A stretch of 64,000 bases of DNA, from the NCBI GenBank assembly GCA_001662655.1, contig KV460208.1; one strand, given 5' to 3'. Positions 1 to 13,031 of this stretch are shown here, one piece after another. The DNA is from Pseudogymnoascus verrucosus. Lineage: Eukaryota. The notes beneath the pieces are model-generated. The model was not told the DNA's origin. It did no database searches and worked only from the letters and a program-made list of their open reading frames with translations. How positions within the stretch are numbered: the stretch's first letter is position 1; each line of letters opens with the position of its first letter. The position numbers were made by a program, and so were the translations under genes.

Positions 1-579
1 CGCGATTTCCTCACCCTCTCACACCTCACCCTCGCCCCCGTTGAAGCAAAACCCCTCCCCCACCTCCCCTCAGACGCATGTCCCTCAATGGTCGCCTCGC
101 CCCTCCACGTCCTCCCCCAACCCCTCTCCTTCGACGAGAGGATGAATCCCAAATCCCACTTCTCCATCGACAGCATCGCCACAAGCTTCGCCTCGCTCGC
201 GGGGAGCCAGTTTGATAGTTCGAGTCCGTCGGCGTATGATTCGACTGATGAGTATGTGGTTACGGATGATGGGTTCGATTTTGGGTTTTCGACGCCGAAA
301 CCACCTGTTGTTCTTGAGGGGGCGGAGAGGGACGCGCAGGCGGGGAGCTTTTATGGGTATAGTCTCCCGTTTGGATCGGCTGATGAGGGGATGGAGAAAC
401 ATAATCGTTCCGATAGTCTGGCAACTGTTACGCTTGAGGAAGGAGGCGCGAGGTCTTCGTTTGGGTCGCCGGTGTTCCAGAGTAACTCCCCTTCATCACC
501 GGATAACAGGACTGTTACGGCTCTTGATGAGCTTCTTGATGAACTGGGGTATCTTGGGGATTTTATCTCCGGAGACTGA
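1..579 (+). CDS. 3' part of a hypothetical protein (5' end outside the window)
   Basis: The frame is open from base 1 to TGA at 577-579. The product is Ser/Asp-rich and ends ...LDELLDELGYLGDFISGD. No family recognised. Confidence 0.6.
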   Translation, partial: RDFLTLSHLTLAPVEAKPLPHLPSDACPSMVASPLHVLPQPLSFDERMNPKSHFSIDSIATSFASLAGSQFDSSSPSAYDSTDEYVVTDDGFDFGFSTPKPPVVLEGAERDAQAGSFYGYSLPFGSADEGMEKHNRSDSLATVTLEEGGARSSFGSPVFQSNSPSSPDNRTVTALDELLDELGYLGDFISGD

Positions 580-1309
580 TCGAATCACTGGCTGTCATAC
601 AACACCTTTGGGCTTGCGAGCCCATTGTACCGATCTTGTAATACGGTAGATAAGGCTCTACCTTGATGTATATATTTTACTTTGCTTTCAATTCGGAACG
701 GCGCCAGGAAACTGTCTATATTCGATAGATAGAAGGGGGGAAGGAGTCAAAGGGTAAACAGCAGCGCTATCAGGCGAACTGCATATGACATAATGATACC
801 AGGAGATGTACATAGAACATACCAACGAATGCTTATAAGGCTTCCACAGACAAATTATAACAAACAATTGAATAAACTTCCCTGTTTGCACAAATTGAAG
901 CATTCCCCCTCTATATAAACAACTCACATCACGTGATACATGTACAACCTCCGACCCCTGCCGCAGATAAGCGCAATCTGCGTTATCGGATCGGTCCAGG
1001 GTCCAATCCCGCAAATATTTCGAAAACCGAAAGGCTTCAGAGTCACCGATTTTGTGCCCTTGCAACCATTGTCCCTTATAATTCACCGGAGTGAAGGTAC
1101 CGAAGGCTGCGCGATTATACTCCTGTGCCTGGGAAAATCGATTGAGCAGAATCGCGAAAGAAGGCGCGTGTAGCGGTGTGCGCGACTAGCGGTGCAGGGA
1201 CGGTCGAGTCACAAGAGGTGAGATAGCTATTCTTCCGATATACAAGAGGGAAACTAATATATGCCCAGGCCTTTTTTTCGAGTAATTTTCTACAGAGAAG
1301 CGATTCAAG

Positions 1310-2613
1310 ATGTCGGCAGCGCTCCCGGGGAACAGGGCACTCCCCGCCTCGCAATATGATCTCGCCACCTACTGGGGCCGCGTGAAGCACGCCGCTGAGA
1401 TTTCAGATCCTAGGTGAGAACAAAAACACAAAACGGGGAAAGGGTTGGGGGGGAGGAGGGCGGATTGTACGTGGTTTTTCATGGACAATAAACCCCTGGC
1501 CAAGGACGAGGGGGCTTTGGAGTCAGGAAACTATGGACGGCCGAGGGGAGAAACATTGGCTAACCAAGCGCGTTATCTAGGATGCTGTTGATATCGAAGA
1601 AGGGATTGGAAGACTCGAAGGAGTTGATTGCGAGTTACAAATTGGGCAAGATTGCGCAGATGTCCCCGGAGCTATGGCATGCGAAGAAAGTGGTGGACGC
1701 GACTATACATCCTGGTGCGTTGCCTCTTTCTCTACTCGTTCCTACACCGCTGGGGAGAATATACTGACAAGAACCAGATACGGGTGAAGCAGTAATGCTA
1801 CCCTTCCGCATGTCCTCCTTCGTCCTCTCCAACTTGATCGTCACAGCCGGCATGCTAACCCCCGGCCTCGGTGTACGTCCCTCCTCCTCCCCCCCCTTTC
1901 TATTCCAACCCATAACTAACCCCCACCCCCTATAGACGACCGGCACACTCCTCTGGCAAATAACCAACCAATCCCTCAACGTCGCCATCAACAACGCCAA
2001 CGCCAACAAATCCACCCCCCTCTCCACCTCCAAGATCGTGCAATCCTACCTCCTCGCCGTCGGCGCCTCCTGCTCCGTCGCCCTGGGTCTGAATGCTCTC
2101 GTTCCCCGCCTAAAACGCGTTTCTCCAGGCACCAAAATGGTCCTGGGACGTCTTGTGCCTTTCGCTGCTGTTGCGAGCGCGGGAGCGCTGAATGTGTTCC
2201 TCATGCGAGGTGAGGAAATCAGGATGGGCATCGACGTCTACCCCGCCCTATCCGCTGAGGACAAAGCCGCCGGGAAATCCGAGTCCGACGTCCCCTCTCT
2301 CGGAAAAAGCAGGAAAGCCGCAACGATAGCAGTCAGCGAGACAGCGTTATCTCGCGTGCTCAACAGCTCACCCGTGATGGTTATACCGGCCCTGGCACTG
2401 GTGAGATTGCAGAAGATGAATTGGTTGAAGAATAGCCCGCGCTTGGTGTTGCCGGTGAATCTGGGCTTGATTCTGACGACGAGTTTGGCGGCGTTGCCGT
2501 TTGCGTTGGGGGCGTTTCCGCAGAGGGAGATGGTGAGGGATGGGACGTTGGAGGAGGAGTTTCATGGGAGGGGGGGTGCGGGGGGGATGGTGGTGTTTAA
2601 TCGGGGGATTTAG
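1310..2613 (+). CDS. FSF1: Sideroflexin (mitochondrial Mtc/SFXN family carrier), 4 exons
   Basis: Exons 1310-1413, 1581-1714, 1778-1872, 1936-2613, with GT..CTRAC..AG introns. The spliced product has YDLATYWGRVKH, HPDTGEAVMLPFRMS, WQITNQSLNVAINNANAN, RLVPFAAVASAG and the terminal FNRGI, all typical of sideroflexins. Confidence 0.93.
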
Positions 2614-2712
2614 AAGGTAGAAAGGGGGGGGGGATAGGAGAGGGGAGAGAAAGGAGAGGAGAGAGAAAGGAGAGGGGGGAAGAAAGGGGAGGGGAGAGAA
2701 AGGATGGGGGGG
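2614..2712 (+). repeat. Polypurine (G/A) low-complexity tract directly after the FSF1 stop
   Basis: About 100 nt made almost entirely of G and A. Confidence 0.8.
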
Positions 2713-4100
2713 TATAGATCATGCATTGGAAGTTTGATTGTGGGGACGGAATGAGAGATGGGGAAGAGGGTAGATCATGCATTGGGAGTCTTCTTGGGGG
2801 GGTTTAAGATCACAATTAGATCTTCAGAATATAGATCATGCTTTAGAAAGAAAAACACAGAAATAAGATCACACCAACACCTACAGATCACACCTCACAC
2901 CTCACAAGTGATAAAAACAACCCACAAGTGGAACCAACCCACCACCATATCATGTGCCTTCCCCCCAATCACGTGTCAACCCAACATCCTCACTTCCCCA
3001 AAATAGGGGGTCCAATTCGCCACTACGGCACTCCATTTACCGGTCTGCTGGCCATCTCATAATACAAATCAGACATAGACGGCAAGGAGCGAACAAAACC
3101 TGGTGTGGAAATTTGAGGCGACTTCGATATCTTTCGATGCCGCGATCTGGCCCGGTGGCGAGTTAAGCCACACAACCCACTCCAACCCACTCCACGACGG
3201 TAGACGGTAAACGGGAGATGGTAGACGGGTTCGTTCTTATCCCCCAGCGGAACGGCTTCCATGCAGGCAGGACTTCTTGGCCAAGATGGAGACTGGTAAG
3301 CGGCGTTGTGTGGTGGGAGATCGGGGTGTGGTGTGTGTGGTGGTGGAGACGGAATCTGTCGTGCTGCCTGCTGCAGTGTGCTGGGATGGGCTGTACTGTA
3401 CGGTGGTGGGTTGGTGGTACTGACCCATCCGGCAGGAGTTACTCTAGGGGGGGTGAGGGGCGAGGGCGAGGGGGAAGGAGTGGGAGCGATGGGTGCCGAG
3501 AGTTTGTATGCACCTACTACTACTGTACATAACATACGTAGATGTGTTTGTATCGGTTTCTTCCTCAAAGGATCAGGGAGTCTCGCCGAATGATGTATCT
3601 ACCACCGCCGCTGTTATCGATCACTTGCGGAGTCCGTAGGCAACGTTGACGTGACTACTCTACCGCTACCGGCGATGGATAAGGGCACACTCACCACCAC
3701 GCCACGACAGTATGAGATGGAGTGGACGGAGGCAGGCCTGTCGCCTGGCCGGGTAAGTACTGGATGTGACATTTGTTGCCGCGGGGCGAGGGCGGGATGG
3801 GTTGGGGTTGGATTGTAAGTACTTCCTCACAGTACAGTAGAGTACAGTACACCTACAAGTATCGTAGTCAGCCAACCCAACTGTAGACTGCTGGAGCGCG
3901 GTGGTGGTGGTAGGGTGGAGATGGATGGGATGGGATGGATGGCACGCCCCCTTCTAGGTCTCACAACGGACAGCGGTAGTAGGAGGTGGTGGTGGTGGGT
4001 GACACCGAACACCGAGTGAGCGTTGGTTTGTTGGGATTAACTTTTTATATGTTTTGTAGTTTGTAGGGTAGCACTGTATTACTATATTATTATATTACCA

Positions 4101-4121
4101 TAGTAGTAGTAGTAGTAGTAG
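4101..4121. repeat. (TAG)7 microsatellite
   Basis: Read directly from the sequence. Confidence 0.85.
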
Positions 4122-4585
4122 ACGTTGTTGTGTCCACGGTGATAGATTCATAGAGTGGGAGTAGGACAGTAGAATATACAAAAGTGTAGAGTGTAGAGTA
4201 CCTCACCACAGATAGCGATAACGAGCAGAACCGGCGTAATTGAACACGGTCTGTCTGTCGGTCGCGTCCAAGCGAGTCCAGTCCAGCGACCATTCCTTCC
4301 CCATCATTCCCCCATACAAGCCATTCGGACATTCGGACACAGGGTCCAATAATCGTATGTTAATGGCTCAGGACAAAGAGTCGTTACATGCAGACAGATA
4401 TACTAACGGTAAATATTTATATTACAACCCATCTTCCTGCACATACATATATATACCCATAACACAGCCATACGACCATATCATACAACCATACCATATA
4501 ACCATCCTAACGAACAGAGTTACAAGCCCAATAAATCGTCCGTTGAGCGGGGAGGGGGTGAGTGTTGTACCATATCACCCATATC

Positions 4586-4613
4586 ACTGTACTGTACTGT
4601 ACTGTACTGTACT
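4586..4613. repeat. (ACTGT)5 pentanucleotide microsatellite
   Basis: Read directly. Related TACAGTA/CTGTAC units are scattered through 3390-4730. Confidence 0.85.
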
Positions 4614-5410
4614 CCAACGCACTCTATGAGGAGAAGTACACTAAAACCACACTACACTGCAGTAGACTGACTAACTGACTACTTTATAGTGCAATACATC
4701 ACACCTGCACTACATTACAGTCTATACTCATGTACCCCGTAACTGCGCTGTGTACGCTAGATTATACGCTTATTCCACTACTACCACCCTCTACTACCAC
4801 TACTGCCACTACTAACATCAGAAGAACCCCCAGCTGGTCAATAATTTACTCTACACTGTATCATCCCCCCAAATCATGAATCTGAACTAGAGTTACAATA
4901 ATCCTAATATCCTAAAAACTAACTCTACTACACGATAACCTCTCCTCCTCTCCCCGTAAACCGTTTAAATGGCCTTTGCCCATTAATTGCGAGCATCTTT
5001 TTGAATCTTTGCGTTCATTTTAAGAGTAAAAAACCCTGGAGAGTACTTTGCTACCCACCCCTCCCTCCCAAAATATCGATGACCCGAGTCTGTTCTGGTC
5101 AAATCGATTTGCCCTCCCTCGCCATCTCGCCAACGCGCTCCCTCGCTCGCCCGCCCGGCCTAGGGTAAGACCACCACGAAACAAACCTCAATCCTTCATT
5201 CTACCCCCCCAAAGGGCTTCCCATAACATATCTTTGGCTACGCTTCTTCTTGGCTATCAAATGCTGCACTCTTGACGCCGCAGCCTCGAGGCTACCTGCT
5301 GAATCTCAACTCGAGCCCCGGCAACATCTGGCTCTCCCTTCTCCGCACCGCACCCAACACTCGGTTTCACTCGCTATATCAGCGAGAGCGCCAGTGCCCA
5401 CGACACTGCA

Positions 5411-7799
5411 ATGACGACGCCCTCAGCGACGACTGCTGTTCTACCTCAGTCCGATGTCCATTTCGGCTACTCTCACCATCAAAACTACCAGCCAAATTCC
5501 GCGTCCTTTCGAGCCAACGGCAACCTGGTCAAGGCCACCGCTCGTCGGGGTCCAGCATACAAGTTCCCTCCCCCATCGAGCAATCTCACCGCGCCCGCTC
5601 TGGACGTGGCCGCTCTGCCTCACGTAGAAGAGTCCCACAGACCTCACTTATACGAGGAGGACGATCAGACTCCGATCATGCCACAGGTGCAGACCGCCAC
5701 CACACTGCAGACCCCCAAGAAGCGGCCGCGCTCTCGCGAGCCCGACTGGAGAAATTTCTACAAGAATGGACTGCCCAAGGAAATCATCGTGATCGATGAC
5801 TCCCCGCCGCCTCGAGCCTCAGCATCGGTCGAGGCCGTGGCCAGCGGTCCTCGATCCGACAATAATGGCGCCAATGCGGCGGCGGCTTTGAGGCACGCTG
5901 CTAAAAAACGGAAACGTGACGACATGTACGATCCGATATACCATATCAAGGCTGGGCCTTCACAGACGCGAAGTCCGCACTACAAAGGCTCGAATGCGAG
6001 TTCGACCATATCTACCGATCGCACGACGTCAGCGATACAGACTACGGCCGCGACGTCGCTGGGGTCGCAATATTCGAATAATGGCTCGCGAGCGTACCCG
6101 GTCGACGACACGACGCAGCCGGGTCAGAAGAGGAAGAGGGTCGCGACACGACAACAGCTGGCTAACGAGGCGAAGAGGAGAGAGATTGAAATTAATGGCG
6201 ATGCTTTCACAAATTATAGGCCTCCGCCGAGGCCACCGATAAAGGCCCCCGAGGTCAATGTCAAGGTTATGCAAGATGTAGGTTGCCTGCTTTTCGGGAA
6301 TTGTCAACATACTGACTCGTTATAGAACTCGCATACCAAGAACAGCAAAGTGGATGATGAGGATGGACATTATATCGTGGTTCCTGATACGGATCTCACG
6401 GAGAGATGTGAGTATCATTTACTGCTATTATTCTGAATTTAGGCTGACATTTTGAAAGACGAAGTACAGAAGCTTCTCGGCCAAGGCACATTCGGCAAAG
6501 TCGTTCAGGCCCGGGACCGCAGGAGAGGCGGCTCTTTAGTTGCCATTAAGATTATTCGATCCGTCCAGAAATACCGAGACGCTTCCCGAATAGAGCTGCG
6601 AGTATTGTCTACTCTGAAAGCCAACGACACTGAGAACCGGAACAGGTGTATACATTTCCGCGACTGTTTTGACTACCGCGGACATATCTGTATCGTCATG
6701 GATCTGATGGGACAGTCGGTATTCGATTTCCTCAAGGGAAACAGCTTTACGCCGTTTCCCAACAGTCAGATCCAGAGCTTTGCTCGTCAGTTATTCACAA
6801 GTGTTGCCTGTGAGTACCATCCATTCCCCCCAAAAAACGTTTGCACATATACTAACACCCAAAAAGTTCTTCACGACCTGAATCTGATACACACGGATCT
6901 CAAACCCGAAAACATCCTCCTCTGCGAGAACGCATACCAGACCTTCACATACAACCGCAAAATCCCCTCCTCCTCGACGCAAATCAACCGCCAAGCGGGA
7001 CAGCGGAAAGTATTACTCGACACCGAAATCCGACTCATCGACTTCGGGTCTGCGACTTTCCAGGACGAGTACCACTCCTCTGTCGTCTCCACGCGGCATT
7101 ACCGCGCGCCGGAGATTATCCTGGGGCTGGGCTGGTCGTATCCTTGTGATATCTGGAGTATTGGGTGCATACTTGTTGAGTTCTTCACGGGTGATGCGCT
7201 GTTCCAGACGCATGATAATTTGGAGCACTTGGCTATGATGGAGAGTGTGGTGGATGCGAAGATGGATCCGCATCTCATCCAGCAGGTCAATAAGATGAGC
7301 CAGAGGAGTAGTGGGGGAAATGGGACTGCGGTTGCAAAGTAAGTTATTCCATCTTTCGACAGTTTCGAACATAACTAACACAAACTTAGATATTTCAAAC
7401 GCATGAAGCTCGACTATCCAACCACAGAAACAACCCGAGCATCAAAACGATTCGTCAAAGCCATGAAAAAGCTAGAGGTAATTCCCATTCCTCCCTCCCT
7501 CCCCTTCCCTCCCTCCTCTCCATTGGCCTTCAACTAACACCACCCCCCAGGACATCATCCCCCGGAACAACGACTTCTGCACTCACTTCCTCGACCTCCT
7601 CAACCGCATCTTCGTCTACGACCCCAGCGACCGCATCACCGCCAAGCAAGCCCTCCAACACCCGTGGTTCAAAGAAGTCGCCACCCCCGACGACGGCACG
7701 GAAGCCATCAAGATCAAACTCCAGCGCGAGAAGGAGAGGGATGAACGGCATAGGGCGAATGGGACGGGGGCCGGGGTGGGGGTGCATCATTATCAATGA
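5411..7799 (+). CDS. lkh1: LAMMER/CLK dual-specificity protein kinase (Lkh1/Kns1), 6 exons
   Basis: Introns 6278-6325, 6408-6458, 6810-6866, 7339-7389, 7478-7550. Motifs: DDEDGHY, LGQGTFGKV, VAIKII, HTDLKPEN, IDFGSAT, STRHYRAPE, the LAMMER motif EHLAMMESV, and ALQHPWF. Stop TGA at 7797-7799. Confidence 0.95.
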
Positions 7800-8660
7800 C
7801 ATGACACCTTGCCTTGAGAGTCGTGGGATGGGATAGGAGTAAAAAATGGAAATAGGAAATGGGGAATGATCATTGTGTGTTAATGGGGGGGGCCAACGGA
7901 AATAGTGTGCCCCGGATGTGCGATGATTTACAACCCCCACAGCCGCATCGCCGCCGTGCTGCTACCGTCTAGCTCCATATGGTGCTGGGTGGGTGAGTGG
8001 GCAGACGACAATGGTGGGAGGGGTGAGTTATTTTAATGACGGACTGGTGGGCGTTTTCGGGGAGACGGGGGGAACAAGGGCGCAATATGTATGTGGAACG
8101 GTGGATGGATGGATGGATGGGGGGGGGGGAGTAATGAATGTTGGGGGTATCTTGTCTATATAGGTGTATGTCCTTTCGTTCTATACACTTCTTGGATTGG
8201 AGATAAGTGCTTTGTTGTTGTGATATCCTCGACGGGCGTGTTGTCTGTTTGGATGGGTGGTGATTGGGCTTTGGTAGATGTCTGTTTGGTGATGGACATG
8301 CCTTGGATAGAACCTGTGCAGGAGGACTGGTGTGCGGTGCATAGTGTCAATCTATCACGGAAAGAAGAGGGACACAGGAATAGGCACAGGTTATATATAA
8401 CAGATAACGGACACGAAAAGTTTCCAAAAGGACTTGAGAAAAGCTGAGGCCTCAAATATCAAATATTCACCACCATACCTATCTATCATACACTATATAA
8501 TACACCACAAAAACCACAACACAACATAACCAAAGCCTCATTCATAACACTTGTGCCCATTCCATTCATTATGAATCATACCATACCTCCCCACCAACGC
8601 CCGCTAATCTACCAGCAATCACCATCATCTCCCTCCCTCCCCCAATGCATATCTACATAT

Positions 8661-11600
8661 TCATCTCCCCTCGCGTTCATCATCATCCCGCCCCTGCGGC
8701 TCCGCAGGCGTCTGCGCCCCAATAACCCATCCAATCCCTCCAATCATCGTACTCATCGCCGCGCTCCTGAGCTGATCCCTCTTCCGCACTGTAGACTGCT
8801 TTACCCCATCCTCCGCCTCCTCTGCCACCCCACCCACACCTCCATCTCCGCCCCACCCTCCCTTCTCCGCATACGCACCCGCACCAGAACCCCCACCACC
8901 ACCCTTCACACTCGTCAACGCCGCAATCGACCTCTGAGCTTGCGCCGCACTCGCGCGCGTCAAATCAAGGAGGGACATCGGCGCCTCCGCCCCAGTACGG
9001 GATTTGGCACTACTCATTGGCGCGCTGGCCCTGGAGAGGGTGGCTGGGGGCGGATCAATCCCAAACCGACCAGGCATAGCCGTATCATCACCCTGCTCAT
9101 CCCACGCATCCTCCTGCTCCGCCTCCTGTCTAATCTTCGCATCTAGCTCCTCCTCGCATCGTCTGAATACATTGAGGATTTCTTGGAGTGCGGGGGGAGG
9201 AGCGATAAGGAGGGCTTGGGAGAGACATTCCATCCGTTGCTCTAGATGGCGGATCTCGGGGTTGGCGCTGGAGTTGCCGACGTGGCTGGGCTTGAGGGTG
9301 TGCGCGTTGAGACGGTATTTACCGGTTTGGAAGGCCGCTTTCCAGGAGTAGTTGTCGAGGACCTTTAGGGGGGGGTGGGCGACTGCTCCGCCCTTTGGGA
9401 GGGGGGTGGAGGAGGGAGAGGAGGGGGGTTTAGAGTAAGCGTCCCCGCTGATGGAGGGGAGGCGATTAACGACGTACGAGTAAGCCGTCTCGAAATCGTT
9501 CTCGGAGAGCGCGGCATCGATACACATACTCGTGATACGCCACCTCGCAATAGCCATTTGCTCATCCACCTGCTCGGGCGACATCTGGGATCGCCCCTCG
9601 AGATCCCGGACTGTGAGGCCCGCGAGCACGATCTTGGAGCCGAAGGAGAGGAAGTTGTCGATGTCAGTGTATGTGCGTGTGTTTTGTGCGAGGACCTTCT
9701 CGACCAGCGCGATGGGGTCGCCGTGCGTGTGGATCACGGAGGGGCGGTAGGGGGAGCCGGAGTTGAGGACGAGGCGGTAGTTGGCAAAGTGGTTGGCGGC
9801 GTCGGAGAGATGGAGGATGCGGTCGCGGGGGAGGGAGGTGCGGAGGGTGTCGGGGAAGGCGTTGAGGCTGGTAGGGATTATGAGGGGTGTTGTGTGGGTA
9901 GCTGGGGATTGGGGGACTTACATGTCGAGACATTTTTTGACGCCGCCGCGGGTTTTGTTGGGGTTGTTGGCATTGTTGAAGGCGTGCATTGCTGAGGCAA
10001 TAATTGTGGAGGATAGTTCTTCTTTGGATAGAGGGGGTTCTGGGGAGTTTTCATATAGAGATCGAGCAGTAGCGTAGCCTGGTCATGAAGGTTTAGTCAA
10101 ATATGCATATGGTACAACAAACGGGATTCACTTACGACCATGAGTCAAAAGAGCAGTCAGTATCTCTTTTTCCACCGCACCTCGGAGTATTTGACCCAAA
10201 ACACCACGGCCTCTTTGGGTAGTTGCACCTTCCGAAGATGGGGGTTTGCCCCAATCATGCAGCCACAATACCTCTTTCCTTGCGCTTACCCAGAGCTTGT
10301 CATCAGCACCTGCGGAGCCTCCTAACTTATTCAGATATTCTTTTAAGACTGTATGCTGATACGACTCGGGTTGGTTATGAAGCATAGATCCGGTCTTCTC
10401 AATAGAAGTGTGAGCCCCAGCTTTGAGGAGCAAGTACGAGCTTGTGATAAGGGCTTGAAGCAGGTCAACGGCTGCCTGCGTCGGAGCCGAGAAATCTTGC
10501 TCGTCATTCTTTAGGAAGGAGAGTAGCTCTTCGATATGTTCCCTTACTGGCTTCCCATCTTCTGACAGGTCGGGAACAGGGGCTAGCCGACCCGCGGCTG
10601 TTTCCAGTGAACTTATTGATGGCAGCTTCAAACGAGTGATGACGTTACGCAAAATGCGGTGAGCCTCTGACAATGCCGGCATGGAGTCTCCAGGCATACG
10701 AAAGGAGGCAGTGAGAGCACAGTGTCCATAGCGTTCGTTGATTTGACGGCGGTCTTCTTGGGAAAGCATTGCGTCCGAGTCCCCATAGCTACCAAGATCT
10801 ACATCAGCTGATCCTCCCCATTGCTCGATGGCATCTGAAACTGCGATATACGAGGCGGGATTCTGGTTTATGATCCAAGCAAATACCGCATCCCAATCTT
10901 GATATTGTGAGCCTTGTGAAGGCACAGCGCCTTTCAAGGGCACAACAGTTTGCGCTCCCATTGCTGATAACGACATCTTCCGACGCTTCCATTGATTATT
11001 TCCATAAAGCCACGGTCCAGCCAGGCAGCGAAGATCACGAGCCAATGTGCTGTCCTTCAGCTCGTTCCCATTGTCGGTACGCATGGTTTTCGAGAATAGA
11101 AAGTCCACGGCTTCGACTGTGCCTAAACTTTCGAACCATTCTAGGGACTGCGTCTCGGTTTCTGCGGGGTGGTATTCGTAGTTGCGCCGTAAGAGCGGGA
11201 GGACAGTTGCAAGCACCCAGTCCCTGAGATAATCGGACCGTTCCAGAAATGGGGCCAGGAGCTCTGGCAACTGAGCAATCAAGCCAGTTTGTTGATCAAT
11301 CCTATAGGCTCGGTGCAGAAGGAATAGAATTAACGGGTCGTCGGGCGCATCGTCGTGGGTCTGGTCCATTCGCAAAGACAGAAGTCTAAGCTTCCGGACC
11401 TTCTTGCTGGCAGCTGCATTGCTGAGGCCCACGATGGGGGTCGTATCTATGACAGTTTCGTCTCCTGATATATGGCCGGAATCGTATTCGACAAGGAGCT
11501 GGACATATTCTGAGCTGTCGAGACTCTCAGGGAGATAGGTGAGGAGGATTCGCAAAATCAAGTCATGTAGCGTCTTTGGGTGGGTAGCTAGCAAGGCGTG

Positions 11601-11687
11601 AAGTGTCCTGATATCTGCTCTGATGGCCGCTTGAACGGCGAGCAGAATAACTTTCGCTGGGGGGAGGTCCAAAGTCGCCATACTCAT
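8661..11687 (-). CDS. SEC39: Sec39 domain protein (Dsl1 tethering complex), 3 exons
   Basis: Introns 10135-10079 and 9921-9868 join ORFs 10128-11693 and 8661-9737 in frame. The spliced middle exon contains AFNNANNPNKTRGGVKKC, followed by CIDAALSENDFETAYSY, matching fungal Sec39 as I recall it. Confidence 0.8.
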
Positions 11688-11935
11688 TTGCAACCATGTA
11701 GATATTTGGCGGATTGCTCAGAGAAGGCATCTGAAATATTATATAATATTCATGAGAGCTCTCACATACCCCAAAGTTTACAGATACGTAGCTGGTCCAA
11801 GCAGTATAAGGTTTCAGGCCATAAGGCACCCATGCATGGATTGTTCCGCTGCGGCAACGACGACGCTCGCGGGATCACGAACAACCAGAGTAACGAGAGC
11901 GAAGATACCAAAGAATTGGCAATTGACCACCCAAG

Positions 11936-12410
11936 ATGTCGTCAGGATATGGACTTAATGGAGGTATGTCAATTGAACGCACAATGCCTTGCCATTGGCA
12001 TCATTTGCGCTCCCTGGCGACCCTGAGCCAACACTTACTAAATCAATAAATAGGTTCATCCCGATGCTTCCCATTCTGGCAAGAAGTTCTAGCTTGCTAC
12101 GTCGTCAACACAAACTCAGATGATACCTCTGGAAAGAGGAAGTGCCAGCCCATCCTTGAGGATTACTACGAGTGTCTACACCACAAGAAAGAGGTACGGC
12201 CAGACCCAGCGACACCCAGATAGTCAGAATCGTCAGTTATTGCAGGTGCTAACCTCAACCTAATAGGCACACCGTGTTGGTGTGATACAGACGGCATACC
12301 GCAAGCACCAAGCAGCAAACCCTCGGGAGGACGCACCCAAGGCGGGAGAAGTGAGGAACTTGGGATTATTAGATAAGGACGACGATACGACGGCCCCAGG
12401 AAGAAAATAA
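11936..12410 (+). CDS. NADH:ubiquinone oxidoreductase NDUFS5-like small subunit (twin CX9C), 3 exons; not in the ORF track
   Basis: Exons 11936-11963, 12054-12193, 12267-12410 give MSSGYGLNGGSSRCFPFWQEVLACYVVNTNSDDTSGKRKCQPILEDYYECLHHKKEAHRV...GRK*. Two CX9C motifs and the EDYYECLHH signature are present. Confidence 0.9.
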
Positions 12411-13031
12411 GACAGCAGTTGAGGAGAATTGGGAGCGAATTGTACATAAGACCGGTTATGAGTTAGGTTGTTTGTCAACTATCTGAACCTATATTACCTG
12501 AACAGCTTTGTTTTGACTTTCTTTACTTCTATTGTGAACGGCTATTCCTCGAAATGCCCTCTGAGTAGAGAGCTTAACCACGGACAAGGCGACGTTACCC
12601 GAGTCTCCCATTGGCTACATACAGCGCACAGCATCAAGCAGTGCTTCCCAGTGTGAATGTCTTTGATCTTAGAGGGTACCTTTCAGGCAATAGTATTCAA
12701 AGTTATTGAATTATTACTCCTGGCCCCTTAGGATCCCTCCAGCCCCATTGAAGGAGGAGAGGAAACTTGCGTAAACACATACGTATAAGTCAAAGGAAGT
12801 GTGGTTTCATTAAGTTCAATACAATTGTAAGCCAGGTCATGACTGTCCGGCTTAACGCTGTGAAATGTCGAATGCCTGCCCCGTATTTCCTGTTGCCAGT
12901 TACTATGGAGGGAGCAGAAGCGCTTGTTGTGAATTCACCTCTGAACACAACCTTCAATTTCTCTTCACGACAACACCTTCCTTGGTGGCCACTCACGTGA
13001 ACGGTTTTGGAACAAAGACATCGCCGTCAAT

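Noticed and set aside
688..1086. 132-aa minus-strand ORF
   Set aside because: GTG start and no recognisable similarity; probably a chance ORF.
3023..3568. 181-aa minus-strand ORF and overlapping ORFs at 3.0-4.6 kb
   Set aside because: Low-complexity Pro/Ser/Thr translation of simple-sequence DNA, with a non-ATG start and no recognisable domain or splice structure.
5261..5275. 4-codon uORF (MLHS*) upstream of lkh1
   Set aside because: Such short uORFs arise often by chance and the TSS is unknown.
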